From: a virus | Length of the DNA: 64,000 nucleotides | Reading direction: 5' to 3' (one strand) | IMG/VR virus record: IMGVR_UViG_3300032307_000797 | Shown: in pieces, positions 1 through 9,736 of the stretch | How the letters are laid out: each line of letters starts with the position of its first letter | Numbering within the stretch: the stretch's first letter is position 1 | The notes under the pieces: model-generated | What the model was told of the DNA's origin: nothing | The model's database searches: none | Seen by the model: the letters and a program-made list of their open reading frames with translations, nothing else | Position numbers and translations under genes: made by a program

Positions 1-3000
1 TAATACCATTACTTGTATTAAATGATGCACTTGTTGTGTAATAGTTTGTATCGGTAACAATCGACGCCAAATCAACACTACCACCAAACGCTGAACCAAC
101 TGCGGTAAACTCTAAAGTACTACCCGCCAATTGTACATTTGAAATATAATCATTTGTATCTGTTACAGTTTCGGTTGCCGACACAATACCTGTTACGTGA
201 CCATTTGAATCAAGTGTAATATCTTGAATATAAGTTCTACCTGAGTTGTTAACAGAAGATGCTGCTGAAATTGATGGGTGAGCGGTCAAGAATGAGGATG
301 CGTGATATCCATCAAGGGTATCGGCATCTAATCCACTTCCGCTTCCATCATTTGATGAGTGCCATACAGTTCCTCCGTTTACTGTTGCTGAACCACTTAC
401 CGCAAATGAACCACTCACAGTTGTTGTTGTACCACTAACCACAAGTGAATTCATTCCAAACGAACCCATCACAACTCTATCATCTGAGAATACCTCTAAT
501 ACAGGTAAACCTGAAATATCATTTACGGAGAATAATGAACCTGATAAACTATCTGTTACTGAGAATAACTGTCCAAGTGAACCTTGAACATCAAATACTA
601 AACTACCAGAACCATAAACTTGTAATGGAACTGTTGGTGTTGTTGTATCTGATTCACCATAACCAACTCTTACACCTCTAGCAACAGTTAAGTAACCGTT
701 GGTTGTAAGAGCCATCGCACCTTGTGCAGTGGAATGAGATGTATCTCCCCACCAAAAACCTCTATCGTCCTCATTATTGAATTGGAAGGTCATTGCGTAA
801 TCATTAAGACCACCATACGACACCCCACTTTCCATTCCTATAGTGTAGTTACTATCACTACCCCATAAACTTATTTTACTTCTTGTTGAAGAAGTTGTTG
901 TGTAATAAACCGGTGATGCAACCGCACTAAATGAAACACTATTTGATGTTCCTAAATCTTGGTTGATTGTGTATGAAGTAATATTACTTGCATTACCACT
1001 AATATTTCCGGTAATCTTTGAACCTGCAAGTGCGGTAATCCATGAAGGGTTACTATATGAACCGTTAGTGTAAACACCATTAGTTACAGTTGCCGAGTTT
1101 CCTGAGATATCAATACCCCAAGTACCACTTTCGTAAACATACTTAGCACCACCGCCGGTTTTTAGATAACCATCGGTTGCCAATAAGAATCTAACAGTAC
1201 CTGATTGTGAGAATTTAATTTCTTCATCATTATCATCTTGTGTGCCAATTTCTAAGTATGAACCTCCAGCCGCGTTACTTGTTGAAATGAATCTGATGAA
1301 TGCCGCGTCGGTGTTCAATCCCCATGTTAAACCTAAGTTTGAAGTTGCACCGAATGCAATATTACCGGTCATTGTACCTCCCGATAAAGGAAGTTTATTT
1401 CCGATTGATGTTGTTATGGTTGTTGCGAAGTTTGCATCATCACCTAACGCTGCCGCCAATTCATTTAAAGTATCAAGTGCGGTAGGTGCTCCATCAATTA
1501 AGTTCGTAATTTGTGTTTGAACGTAACCAGTGGTTGCATAACCTTGTGTTGCATGGTTACCCCAACCATATGCGGTATCCCAATTTGATTTGTTGTATCC
1601 AGTAATTGAAGTTGAACCTCCAAAGAAGGCACCAATTTCAGTTTCTGTATAATATCTACCATCAAGGGTTGATGAGTAGTTGTTTGTGTTTAAATATTGA
1701 TATTGAGTTGTATTTCCACCACCATAAATTTCACCTGTAGTGATGATACCGCCCGTTGAGTTGTTATCCAAATCAACTTGTGCCGGTGTTTCAGTCATTG
1801 CAGGGAAATTAGTTACATCTCCCGGGTCAACACCATCAGGTATCCAATCCTTAATAATCCATCCAGCATTTTGAATATCCTCAAGTAACCACGCTTTAAC
1901 TTGTGAGTTATCTAAATCAACATATACTTGAAGTAATGCACCATCATATGTTCCTCCATCTACAATACGAATGTATCTGAAAGGACTACCACCATAGAAT
2001 GAGTTAATTAAAACTGTAATATCCGAATAAGTACCAAAATGATGTGTTGCATAGAACACAGTCGATTGGTGATTACCACTTGATGTATCTCTCAATAAGA
2101 ATTTACCTGTTGCTCTATTCCCTGCGTTAACGGCAATTGTATACCAACCCGAATTTTTTGCAGTATCACTAGTTGCTTCGTATGGTAGATATCTGTCATC
2201 ATGGGTATGGTCGGTTGTTGAGAATCTACCGTCAATATCTACGGTGTATGTGTTACCATCATTACGAGAAAACGTAATTACACCGTTTGACGTATTAAAA
2301 GTTGCTCCCGTGGTGAAGTAATTTAAATAAGAACTAATGTAACCACTTGGGTTAGATGCTGCATAGAAATAACTTGAGTTATTACCATCTAAAGTATCGG
2401 CATCTAATCCCGAACCAGAACCATCAACTGTTAATAATTTTGATAGTACGTCGGCCGCAGTATATGAAGACGAATCTAAGTACTTACCGTCAATATCAAC
2501 AGTATATGTTCCTCCGTCATTTCTTGTATATGTTATAATTCCATTACTTGTATTAAACGTTGCACCTGTTGTGTAGTAATCGGTACTTGACGTTCCGTAT
2601 CTACCATCCAAATCAACAGTATATGTTCCTCCGTCATTTCTTGTGAAGGTAACAATACCATTTCCGGTATTGAATGTTGCACCTGTCGTGTAGTAGTTAG
2701 TGTTGTCAAGGAATGATGACAAATCAATATCACCCGTAAATGCACTACCTCCCGAACCTGTAAATCTAAGTGTTGAACCAACTAATTGTACATTATTGAT
2801 ATAATCATTGGTGTCAACAACTGTTTCAGTTGCGGTTGTTATTCCTGTAATATGTCCAAAACTATCTAATAGAATGTCTTGGATGTATGTTCTACCTGAG
2901 TTGTTTGAGGAACTTGCCGCGGTTACCGATGGGTGAGCCGTTAAGAAACGTCCGTCAATATCAACAGTATATGTTCCTCCGTCATTTCTTGTATACGTAA

Positions 3001-4965
3001 TAACACCATCAGATGTATTAAATGTTGCACCTGTGGTGTAGTAATCAGTGCTTGAGGTGCCATATCTACCATCCAAATCAACAGTGAATGTGTTACCATC
3101 ATTTCTTGTGAAAGTAACAACTCCATCACCCGTATTAAATGTCGCACCTGTTGTGTAATAGTTTGTGTCGGTCACAGTTTCACTTGCTGTGGTTATACCT
3201 GTAATATGACCAAAACTATCTAATAGAATATCTTGGATATAGGTACGTCCACTATTGTTAGAAGAAGATGCGGCAGATACTGATGGGTGAGCTGTTAACC
3301 ATCCGGGGTTGGTTGATACAGAACCGTCAGCCATTAAGAATTGTGATGATGTACCACCACTCTTAACGAATGAAGTTGCTCTCACGTTTCCGCTAACCGC
3401 CAATTTGTAACCCGATACTGGTACTATACCCATACCAATCTCACCTGTCGTTCCTAAGTAGAAATCATTTTGATTAAATCTACCCATTACCACGTGGTAA
3501 TCAGCAAATGCTTCGATAACAGGTAAACCTGAAATTGTATTAACCGAGAACAATGAGTTACTTAAATCATCGGTAACCGCAAATAATCTACCATTTGTAC
3601 CATCGACAGCGAATACCGTTGCCCCTGATACACTTTCGTAAACTGTTAATGTACCACCACTAATTGTAACATCGTTATTCGATGTTAAACCACTAACTGT
3701 AATTGATGTTGTAGTTGTGTTACCTCTTGCAGTAACTGTCGCAAGTGTGTCACTCTCAGAAGTTAGATATGAACCCGATGCTTGGTATCTACCATCCAAA
3801 TCAACAGTGAATGTGTTACCATCATTTCTTGTGAAAGTAACAACACCGTCTGAAGTATTGAACGTTGCGCCGGTTGTATAATTGTTTGTATCAACAACCG
3901 TTTCAGTTGCCGTTGTTATTCCCGTAATGTGTCCGTATTGGTCAAGTAGAATATCTTGGATATAAGTTCTACCTGAATTATTAGATGAACTTGCTGCTGT
4001 TACTGATGGGTGTGCAGTTAACCAACCCGGATTTGTAGAAACACTACCATCCGCCATTAAGAACTGTGTGGATAATCCACCTGTCTTAACGATTGTTGCA
4101 GCATTTAGAATTCCACCATTTTCAAAGTAAATTCTTGCAGTACCACCACCATCAACAAATTCTAATCTATCAAAACTTGTGTCTTTGTTGTAACGAATAG
4201 AATATCCGTTAAATGAACCACCACCACCAGCATACATTTGAATTGTTGTGAAACCGGTTGAGGTGTTGAGTTGACCTAATGTAAGTGTTGTATTGTTTTT
4301 ATATATGTTCAGGTCACCCGTCATGGTGTCTCCTGACTTAGAAACTTTGTTACCAATTGAAGTCGCAACGGTTGTTGCGAAGTTAGGGTCATCACCAAGT
4401 GCCGCTGCTAACTCATTAAGAGTATCTAATGTACTTGGAGCACTATCAATTAAATTGGTAATCTGTGTTTGGACATAACCGGTTGTGGCGTATCCATTTA
4501 ACGATGCACTTGTTAGGTATGTATTTGTGTCTAAAGAACCGTCACCTTTTAGGAACTGACTTGAGTTTCCTCCCGTAATAATAAATGAACGAGCTTCGAT
4601 GTCAGTTGTTGTCACATGACCTAAAGTTGTAACATCTTGTAAGGTTTGAGTTTCAGTATAACTTGTTAAGAAACGTCCATCAATATCAACTGTAACTGTG
4701 TTACCGTCATTTTTAGTTAATGTGATAATTCCATTACCGGTGTTGAAAGTTGCTCCCGTAACATACGTATTTGTATCAACAACCGTTTCAGTTGCTGTGG
4801 TCACACCTGTAACGTGACCGTTAGCATCTAATAAAATATCTTGAATGTAAGTTCTTCCTGAGTTGTTTGAAGAAGCTGCGGCAATAATAGTTGGGTGTTG
4901 TGTAAGGTATGTACTACCATCTAATGTACCATCCGCTTTAAGGAACTGATGTCCCGCACCACCTG
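1..4965 (-). repeat. Intragenic modular repeats of the giant fibre
   Basis: About 8 copies of YYTTGATFNTxxGvITFTRNDGxTxTVDxDGRY, 5 copies of HPSVxAASSxNNSGRTYIQDILLDxxGH and 2 copies of TLDTLxELAAALGDD. Exact DNA duplicates at 3063-3121/3786-3844 and 2487-2530/2952-2995. Confidence 0.9.
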
Positions 4966-6490
4966 TAACGATAAATGACCTTGCCGTAATATCGTTAGTT
5001 GTTACACTACCTAAAGTTGTTACATCTTGTAATGTTTGGGTTTCAGTGTAACCTGTTATAAATGAAGGTACGTTTGTTACGTAATTGTAATCAATTAAAC
5101 CTTGAATACCACCCGTAACCTTCAATGAACCAGTAATCTCGGTGTTACTAACGATTTTTACAACTGTTCCAGTATCATAGATGTTAGAGTTATCCAAGTG
5201 GTCACCCCCAACTGATTTTGGGATTCTTGTACTTGTTAAACCAACTTCTTGACCAAGAGAACCCGTGTTCCTTGGACCTGAAAGTAACATACCACCTGAG
5301 TAACTACTACCCGAAGCGTTCTGATAAATCCAGTGGTTATTTAAGGAATCCCATAGAAGGGATGCGGTTGCTAAGTGGGATTCTGAACCAGAATCAAATA
5401 CAACCAAACCACCAAATCTCTCAACCGGTTCAAATACGTTTGTATAAATGAACGGTCCTGTTAAGTTTAGGTTTGATGATGTTACATATACGAATGATGA
5501 GGTTCCAAGTACACTAATGTTTTGTGTAATCGTGATAGAACCACTAATAATTTGGTTACCGTTGATTGTTTGAGTACCAACAACATCCAATGAACCTGAT
5601 ACAACATAAGAACCACTAAGTGTGTTACTATTAACCCACTGACTTCCACTTCTAACAATTAAATTACTATCGGTAACCGAGGTGAAGTTTACATCATTCA
5701 ACTCACCTAAGAACTTATTAAGGTCGGGTCTGACCATAATGTCCACGTTGTTACCATATAATCTGGTTACCGCAGCAATTGTGACTTTAAGGTCGGGCGC
5801 TCCCGGTTCGGTAGATGTTAAACCACCAGGTCTTGTTGGGTCGGCATATAATAATGTACCTTCAAACCAAGTTTCTGCCGGGTCTTTAAGGTTGTTCGCC
5901 TCTAAATCTCCTGTATGTAAACCTCTAACCAAACCAAACCATGTGGCAAAACCAATATCATTTTGTCCAACATTTTCGGTTAAGATACCAACAAATAATT
6001 TTGATGGAACACTACCATCGGCAACCGCTCTAATAACATTTAATCTATCACCATGACTGACATCCAATGGGTCAACCATAACAACGGTACCATTGATTAA
6101 ATCAATACTATCTCCATTAAAAACAGGTGGGTAATATAATTCTTGTCCGATTTGTTGAGTGGAATTACCACCACCCATTCCTAAATCGAGAGTTCTTTCA
6201 TCAGGATTCCATGTTAATCTTCCAACTGCACCTACGATTGTGGAACCCGTATTAAAATCAATATAATCTGTACGCAGAGCACCCGTGAGTGAACCACTAA
6301 TAGAACCGGTAACTTTTAAACTACCTGTTACCGTATGGGTATCGGTTAATTGGTCACCAAGTTTGGCGTTCCCATGCACAGTTAATGAACCTGTCACGGT
6401 TTGAGAGCCGCTTACAGTAACTCCACCTTTAAAATTGGATGAACCCGATACGTGTAACGACCCCGTTACGTCTGCGTCAAATATTCTCAT
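1..6490 (-). CDS. Giant repetitive tail fibre/adhesin protein, partial (3' end beyond window), >2160 aa
   Basis: ATG at 6490 gives MRIFDADVTGSLHVSGSS...; the same frame reads DTNYYTTSASFNTSNGI at base 2. The ORF track lists nothing in this frame, consistent with no stop inside the window. Thr/Ser/Gly-rich with known fibre motifs (APSTLDTLNELAAALGDD, GSGLDADTLDG). Confidence 0.9.
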   Translation of the reverse strand, partial: MRIFDADVTGSLHVSGSSNFKGGVTVSGSQTVTGSLTVHGNAKLGDQLTDTHTVTGSLKVTGSISGSLTGALRTDYIDFNTGSTIVGAVGRLTWNPDERTLDLGMGGGNSTQQIGQELYYPPVFNGDSIDLINGTVVMVDPLDVSHGDRLNVIRAVADGSVPSKLFVGILTENVGQNDIGFATWFGLVRGLHTGDLEANNLKDPAETWFEGTLLYADPTRPGGLTSTEPGAPDLKVTIAAVTRLYGNNVDIMVRPDLNKFLGELNDVNFTSVTDSNLIVRSGSQWVNSNTLSGSYVVSGSLDVVGTQTINGNQIISGSITITQNISVLGTSSFVYVTSSNLNLTGPFIYTNVFEPVERFGGLVVFDSGSESHLATASLLWDSLNNHWIYQNASGSSYSGGMLLSGPRNTGSLGQEVGLTSTRIPKSVGGDHLDNSNIYDTGTVVKIVSNTEITGSLKVTGGIQGLIDYNYVTNVPSFITGYTETQTLQDVTTLGSVTTNDITARSFIVTGGAGHQFLKADGTLDGSTYLTQHPTIIAAASSNNSGRTYIQDILLDANGHVTGVTTATETVVDTNTYVTGATFNTGNGIITLTKNDGNTVTVDIDGRFLTSYTETQTLQDVTTLGHVTTTDIEARSFIITGGNSSQFLKGDGSLDTNTYLTSASLNGYATTGYVQTQITNLIDSAPSTLDTLNELAAALGDDPNFATTVATSIGNKVSKSGDTMTGDLNIYKNNTTLTLGQLNTSTGFTTIQMYAGGGGSFNGYSIRYNKDTSFDRLEFVDGGGTARIYFENGGILNAATIVKTGGLSTQFLMADGSVSTNPGWLTAHPSVTAASSSNNSGRTYIQDILLDQYGHITGITTATETVVDTNNYTTGATFNTSDGVVTFTRNDGNTFTVDLDGRYQASGSYLTSESDTLATVTARGNTTTTSITVSGLTSNNDVTISGGTLTVYESVSGATVFAVDGTNGRLFAVTDDLSNSLFSVNTISGLPVIEAFADYHVVMGRFNQNDFYLGTTGEIGMGIVPVSGYKLAVSGNVRATSFVKSGGTSSQFLMADGSVSTNPGWLTAHPSVSAASSSNNSGRTYIQDILLDSFGHITGITTASETVTDTNYYTTGATFNTGDGVVTFTRNDGNTFTVDLDGRYGTSSTDYYTTGATFNTSDGVITYTRNDGGTYTVDIDGRFLTAHPSVTAASSSNNSGRTYIQDILLDSFGHITGITTATETVVDTNDYINNVQLVGSTLRFTGSGGSAFTGDIDLSSFLDNTNYYTTGATFNTGNGIVTFTRNDGGTYTVDLDGRYGTSSTDYYTTGATFNTSNGIITYTRNDGGTYTVDIDGKYLDSSSYTAADVLSKLLTVDGSGSGLDADTLDGNNSSYFYAASNPSGYISSYLNYFTTGATFNTSNGVITFSRNDGNTYTVDIDGRFSTTDHTHDDRYLPYEATSDTAKNSGWYTIAVNAGNRATGKFLLRDTSSGNHQSTVFYATHHFGTYSDITVLINSFYGGSPFRYIRIVDGGTYDGALLQVYVDLDNSQVKAWLLEDIQNAGWIIKDWIPDGVDPGDVTNFPAMTETPAQVDLDNNSTGGIITTGEIYGGGNTTQYQYLNTNNYSSTLDGRYYTETEIGAFFGGSTSITGYNKSNWDTAYGWGNHATQGYATTGYVQTQITNLIDGAPTALDTLNELAAALGDDANFATTITTSIGNKLPLSGGTMTGNIAFGATSNLGLTWGLNTDAAFIRFISTSNAAGGSYLEIGTQDDNDEEIKFSQSGTVRFLLATDGYLKTGGGAKYVYESGTWGIDISGNSATVTNGVYTNGSYSNPSWITALAGSKITGNISGNASNITSYTINQDLGTSNSVSFSAVASPVYYTTTSSTRSKISLWGSDSNYTIGMESGVSYGGLNDYAMTFQFNNEDDRGFWWGDTSHSTAQGAMALTTNGYLTVARGVRVGYGESDTTTPTVPLQVYGSGSLVFDVQGSLGQLFSVTDSLSGSLFSVNDISGLPVLEVFSDDRVVMGSFGMNSLVVSGTTTTVSGSFAVSGSATVNGGTVWHSSNDGSGSGLDADTLDGYHASSFLTAHPSISAASSVNNSGRTYIQDITLDSNGHVTGIVSATETVTDTNDYISNVQLAGSTLEFTAVGSAFGGSVDLASIVTDTNYYTTSASFNTSNGI

Positions 6491-6514
6491 GTAAAGTTCT
6501 TATTATTTTTATAG

Positions 6515-6521
6515 ATAAATA
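6515..6521 (-). promoter_or_regulatory. Putative late promoter TATTTAT (one of ~14 copies)
   Basis: TATTTAT on the coding strand 25 nt upstream of the fibre ATG; recurs before many operon starts. Confidence 0.6.
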
Positions 6522-6585
6522 CTTCAAAACCCCAATCTTTATTCCTTTAAAAGTTATTTATTGATAGTATATTCTATAAATATGT

Positions 6586-7038
6586 ATGATACACTACGAG
6601 CTGTTCGAGAAGAACTTAAATCATATTGAAAATTCTGATGTTTTTGTAAAGGAGATTTTTGAGGTTACAGATTATGATATCCAAATCACAATCAATAACT
6701 TTAATTCACTTTACAAGTGGGATAAAATGTTCGATTTGGAAGAAACTGAAAGGAGATTGAAAGAGAATCACCGATTTTTTATCTTTTATCATAAAGATTT
6801 GGTGATTGGTCATTGCTGGGCTGACCCCGTATCAATGAACGAATCTAATATATACGTATATAATGTTTTTGTTGATAAAACAAAACATAATAAAGATGTG
6901 TGTGACAGTACCGTTTATTTTTCTAAACTTGCCACGATATTATTTTCTGAAGGTTATCAAGTAATTCATGCAGATGTTGATGATTGGCATAAAAAATCCC
7001 AATCATTTTGTTTGAGATTGGGATTTAAATCAATTTAG
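6586..7038 (+). CDS. GNAT-family N-acetyltransferase
   Basis: 150 aa; VIGHCW, YVYNVFVDK and the C-terminal DDWHKKSQSFCLRLGF pattern fit GNAT motifs; convergent overlap with the sulfotransferase. Confidence 0.7.
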   Translation: MIHYELFEKNLNHIENSDVFVKEIFEVTDYDIQITINNFNSLYKWDKMFDLEETERRLKENHRFFIFYHKDLVIGHCWADPVSMNESNIYVYNVFVDKTKHNKDVCDSTVYFSKLATILFSEGYQVIHADVDDWHKKSQSFCLRLGFKSI

Positions 7039-7654
7039 TATTTTTTGGTGGTTCAGGTAACCTGTATTTTTTGGTGTGATGAAATCTTTTTGAAATTATG
7101 TCAACATCAAACTCACATCCAACGTATTCACATAATTCTTTGAATGAATCGTTATCCCCATTATTCAAAATCAAATCTTCATATTTGAAGATTGGGTACC
7201 CATAATCAATTGAAATATTTTTAAGGGTTTTGTTCCATTCTATTATTTGATTTTGGTAATCGATAATTTTATCTTCGGTTACCGCGTCAATTTTATAGTA
7301 TTTTTGAGAATGCCAACCATATAAACTACCTAATTCAATATGGTAAACAAAGCTCTCTGCTTGTAATCTGGTGTTCTCTCGGTATAATAGAATGATTTTA
7401 TCGAATGTGGTAACATACCAATTCAATAATTCATCCATATCTTTAAACACGTTTGGTTTATGTTCTTTTAAGAACATGTCCTTTATTAATAGTTCGACAC
7501 TATTGGTGAAATCAATATTATTAAAATATCGATTTTTCCACATGTGTCGATTAAAGGGTTCGGCAATCGAATTTTTAATTTCTGTTAACTCCTTTAATGT
7601 GTAAAATAGATTGCTTGAGGATGTTCTTGGGTATGTCAGAATACATACCTTCAT
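7025..7654 (-). CDS. PAPS-dependent sulfotransferase (Stf0-like)
   Basis: 5'-PSB loop ILTYPRTSSSNL, EPFN, 3'-PB motif IILLYRENTRLQAES, and YEDL. Confidence 0.8.
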   Translation of the reverse strand: MKVCILTYPRTSSSNLFYTLKELTEIKNSIAEPFNRHMWKNRYFNNIDFTNSVELLIKDMFLKEHKPNVFKDMDELLNWYVTTFDKIILLYRENTRLQAESFVYHIELGSLYGWHSQKYYKIDAVTEDKIIDYQNQIIEWNKTLKNISIDYGYPIFKYEDLILNNGDNDSFKELCEYVGCEFDVDIISKRFHHTKKYRLPEPPKNTKLI

Positions 7655-7800
7655 TAACTCAAATGTTTATCCTTAATTTTTTGAATTACCGAATTAAACA
7701 AAGAATTAATTATTAATTTATCAGACACAGTTGTTTTTCTAACAATCGGCGTTCTTTCGGTTTCGGTATACGTTCTATTTTTATTTGTTTCTGTATTCAT
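7654..7800 (-). CDS. 48-aa hypothetical peptide (start moved to ATG 7800)
   Basis: MNTETNKNRTYTETERTP...; starts 11 nt after the upstream stop and is TAATG-coupled to the sulfotransferase. Confidence 0.6.
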   Translation of the reverse strand: MNTETNKNRTYTETERTPIVRKTTVSDKLIINSLFNSVIQKIKDKHLS

Positions 7801-7810
7801 ATCACTATTT

Positions 7811-9451
7811 TTATTTTTGTACTCTACAATCAGGACATTCTCCACCAAAAATCACTCCCACATCAGATTCTGGTTGAACAACACAACATACGAGTTCAGT
7901 ACAATAAAATGGGGGTAACCCCAATGACATACAATTGTCCATATCCCCACCGGTATATAATCCGCTAAAACCTAAACAGGGTTCCGCACATTGCCAGTAA
8001 TTAGGGAATCCCGAAAAATACCAGCATAAACATCTCGGGGCATTGTGTTGTATGATGAAAAATTCAGGAGTTTCTGTTGATTCATCCATTGTTAAATACA
8101 AATCAATATCCTCAACATCAATTGAGTATATATTTTCATTTGAAAACGTGTAAAAATTTGAGACAATTCCTCTGGTTTCAAATAAATTATTGTTTTTGTT
8201 TACTATGACTATTTCATCAGTATTTGTAATTTGATAAAAAGATTTGAATTTTAAGACACCATCTCTTTTTATTAAAAGTTTTGATTCATCGATGTCAGAA
8301 AATTTTAATCCATTATCCAATACGATATTTCTAAGCCACACATTCTCATTTTTGGTTGAAATAGATTGAATAGTTGTGGCGGAAATCGTACTCCCTGAAA
8401 ATACGTCTTCTGTGTTTCCGGTATACTGTGAAACATATGCTGCGGTATCGACATCATCTAACCCATATAGATTAATACTCATAAGAGAATCTCCGATTTC
8501 CAATTGTGATGGGGAAACCAAAGAACCGTCATTTTTAATAATTAAATTTGTACTATCGGAATTATATTCAATTCCAAGACTCTTTTTTTGATATTTCTGT
8601 AAATATTTTGGTCGTTCCCATGGTTGTATTTCTAAATTAGAGTCAACATCCACTGTTAAGTCAATACTACATGTATTTGTATGAATAAATGGGTCAATTA
8701 AATTTATTATATTTAATTCAGGACCACAAATTAAACCAACACTTCGATATGTTTTTAATTTACCATTTTCCAAATCGTTAGTGTTGATTACATATTCTTG
8801 TAATAACGTGTTAGGTGGTAAATTGGTTTTTAAATTACTCAATTGTTCTTGTGTATCTATCTTATACACTTTTGGGTATTCAGAATAATTTGTTGTTGGG
8901 AATCTTTGTTTTATAATATAATTTGGTAAATTACCATTATTCCTTACTGTGTCCCCAATCATATCAAAACCAAGTGATTCGTGATTTATATATGTTTTAG
9001 CGATTGCAGTGGGTGAGGAGTCATACAATAATTTTAAAAATTCAAAATTATCTTTGGCATATGTTTCATCAATCAAAGCCGTTGGGTCGTATGACTGTCT
9101 GATTATTAATTTATTTGGCGAATCAACGGTATTAGGGGTTACCTGATTTTCAAGTTCAACGACTTGTTTTGTAATTGTTAAACCACTATAATGTACATCA
9201 AAATATCTCCCAAACCCGAACAAGGTGTCATTTGGGTAATCAGGATTTATCGCCTTTACAGGACCCGTTGATAATAATATTAATTCAATTTCATTAATAT
9301 TATTTTCGGTAATAAAATTATCAAAATCAACTTTATTAAAGTATGGTTCGATTGAAATTGGGGCAGCAACGATACCAGTATTCAATTCCAATACTTTAAA
9401 GGAATTATCAACGTCTTTAACAAAATCAATCGCTATTAGTACACTTCTCAT
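7811..9451 (-). CDS. Circularly permuted ATP-grasp ligase + Hint (intein-like) domain + C-terminal Cys-rich peptide
   Basis: IDF...KVLELNT at residues 8-25, then YIIKQRFP and LLQEYV. Hint-like segment from IIKNDGSLVSPSQLEIGD to IYSIDVED...IIQHN (N470), followed by a 76-aa tail with 10 Cys. Confidence 0.75.
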   Translation of the reverse strand: MRSVLIAIDFVKDVDNSFKVLELNTGIVAAPISIEPYFNKVDFDNFITENNINEIELILLSTGPVKAINPDYPNDTLFGFGRYFDVHYSGLTITKQVVELENQVTPNTVDSPNKLIIRQSYDPTALIDETYAKDNFEFLKLLYDSSPTAIAKTYINHESLGFDMIGDTVRNNGNLPNYIIKQRFPTTNYSEYPKVYKIDTQEQLSNLKTNLPPNTLLQEYVINTNDLENGKLKTYRSVGLICGPELNIINLIDPFIHTNTCSIDLTVDVDSNLEIQPWERPKYLQKYQKKSLGIEYNSDSTNLIIKNDGSLVSPSQLEIGDSLMSINLYGLDDVDTAAYVSQYTGNTEDVFSGSTISATTIQSISTKNENVWLRNIVLDNGLKFSDIDESKLLIKRDGVLKFKSFYQITNTDEIVIVNKNNNLFETRGIVSNFYTFSNENIYSIDVEDIDLYLTMDESTETPEFFIIQHNAPRCLCWYFSGFPNYWQCAEPCLGFSGLYTGGDMDNCMSLGLPPFYCTELVCCVVQPESDVGVIFGGECPDCRVQK

Positions 9452-9720
9452 ATTAATGTTTTTTCACTCTTTGGTAAATATGTCTCACCATCTACTTCTA
9501 CCCATTTTTTTAATGGGCAGGGGTTATTTGATTTGGTGTAAACTTTTTTACCTATTGGACATCCACATTCCCCACAAAAAGCCGACCATTTTTGATTAAA
9601 AATCTTCTTCATCGAGGGACAAGTTTCACAAATAGATGTTCTTTTATCGGCCAACTCCGTTTCCTGTAATGTTGGGTTATATGATGAGACCCAAGCGGTT
9701 ACTATTTCTTTTACATCCAT
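9448..9720 (-). CDS. Small 6-Cys metal-binding protein (DUF6171-like)
   Basis: RxxICxxC, CxxCGC and CPxxKW pattern. Confidence 0.65.
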   Translation of the reverse strand: MDVKEIVTAWVSSYNPTLQETELADKRTSICETCPSMKKIFNQKWSAFCGECGCPIGKKVYTKSNNPCPLKKWVEVDGETYLPKSEKTLI

Positions 9721-9728
9721 ATCAATAT

Positions 9729-9735
9729 ATAAATA
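9729..9735 (-). promoter_or_regulatory. Putative late promoter TATTTAT for the 9720-7025 operon
   Basis: Motif lies 9 nt upstream of ATG 9720. Confidence 0.55.
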
Positions 9736-9736
9736 G

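Noticed and set aside
2200-4910. CRISPR array or DGR template/variable repeats
   Set aside because: The repeats are in-frame coding modules with synonymous variation, not constant repeats with unique spacers. No adenine-specific pattern was noticed, and no reverse transcriptase or cas gene is present.
445-6056. Short ORFs in the track over 445-6056
   Set aside because: They are antisense or off-frame shadows of the giant fibre gene, with no recognisable motifs.
8042-8566. Canonical splicing intein or homing element
   Set aside because: No Cys1, no TxxH, Ala at +1 and no endonuclease; the domain does not interrupt a conserved host domain.
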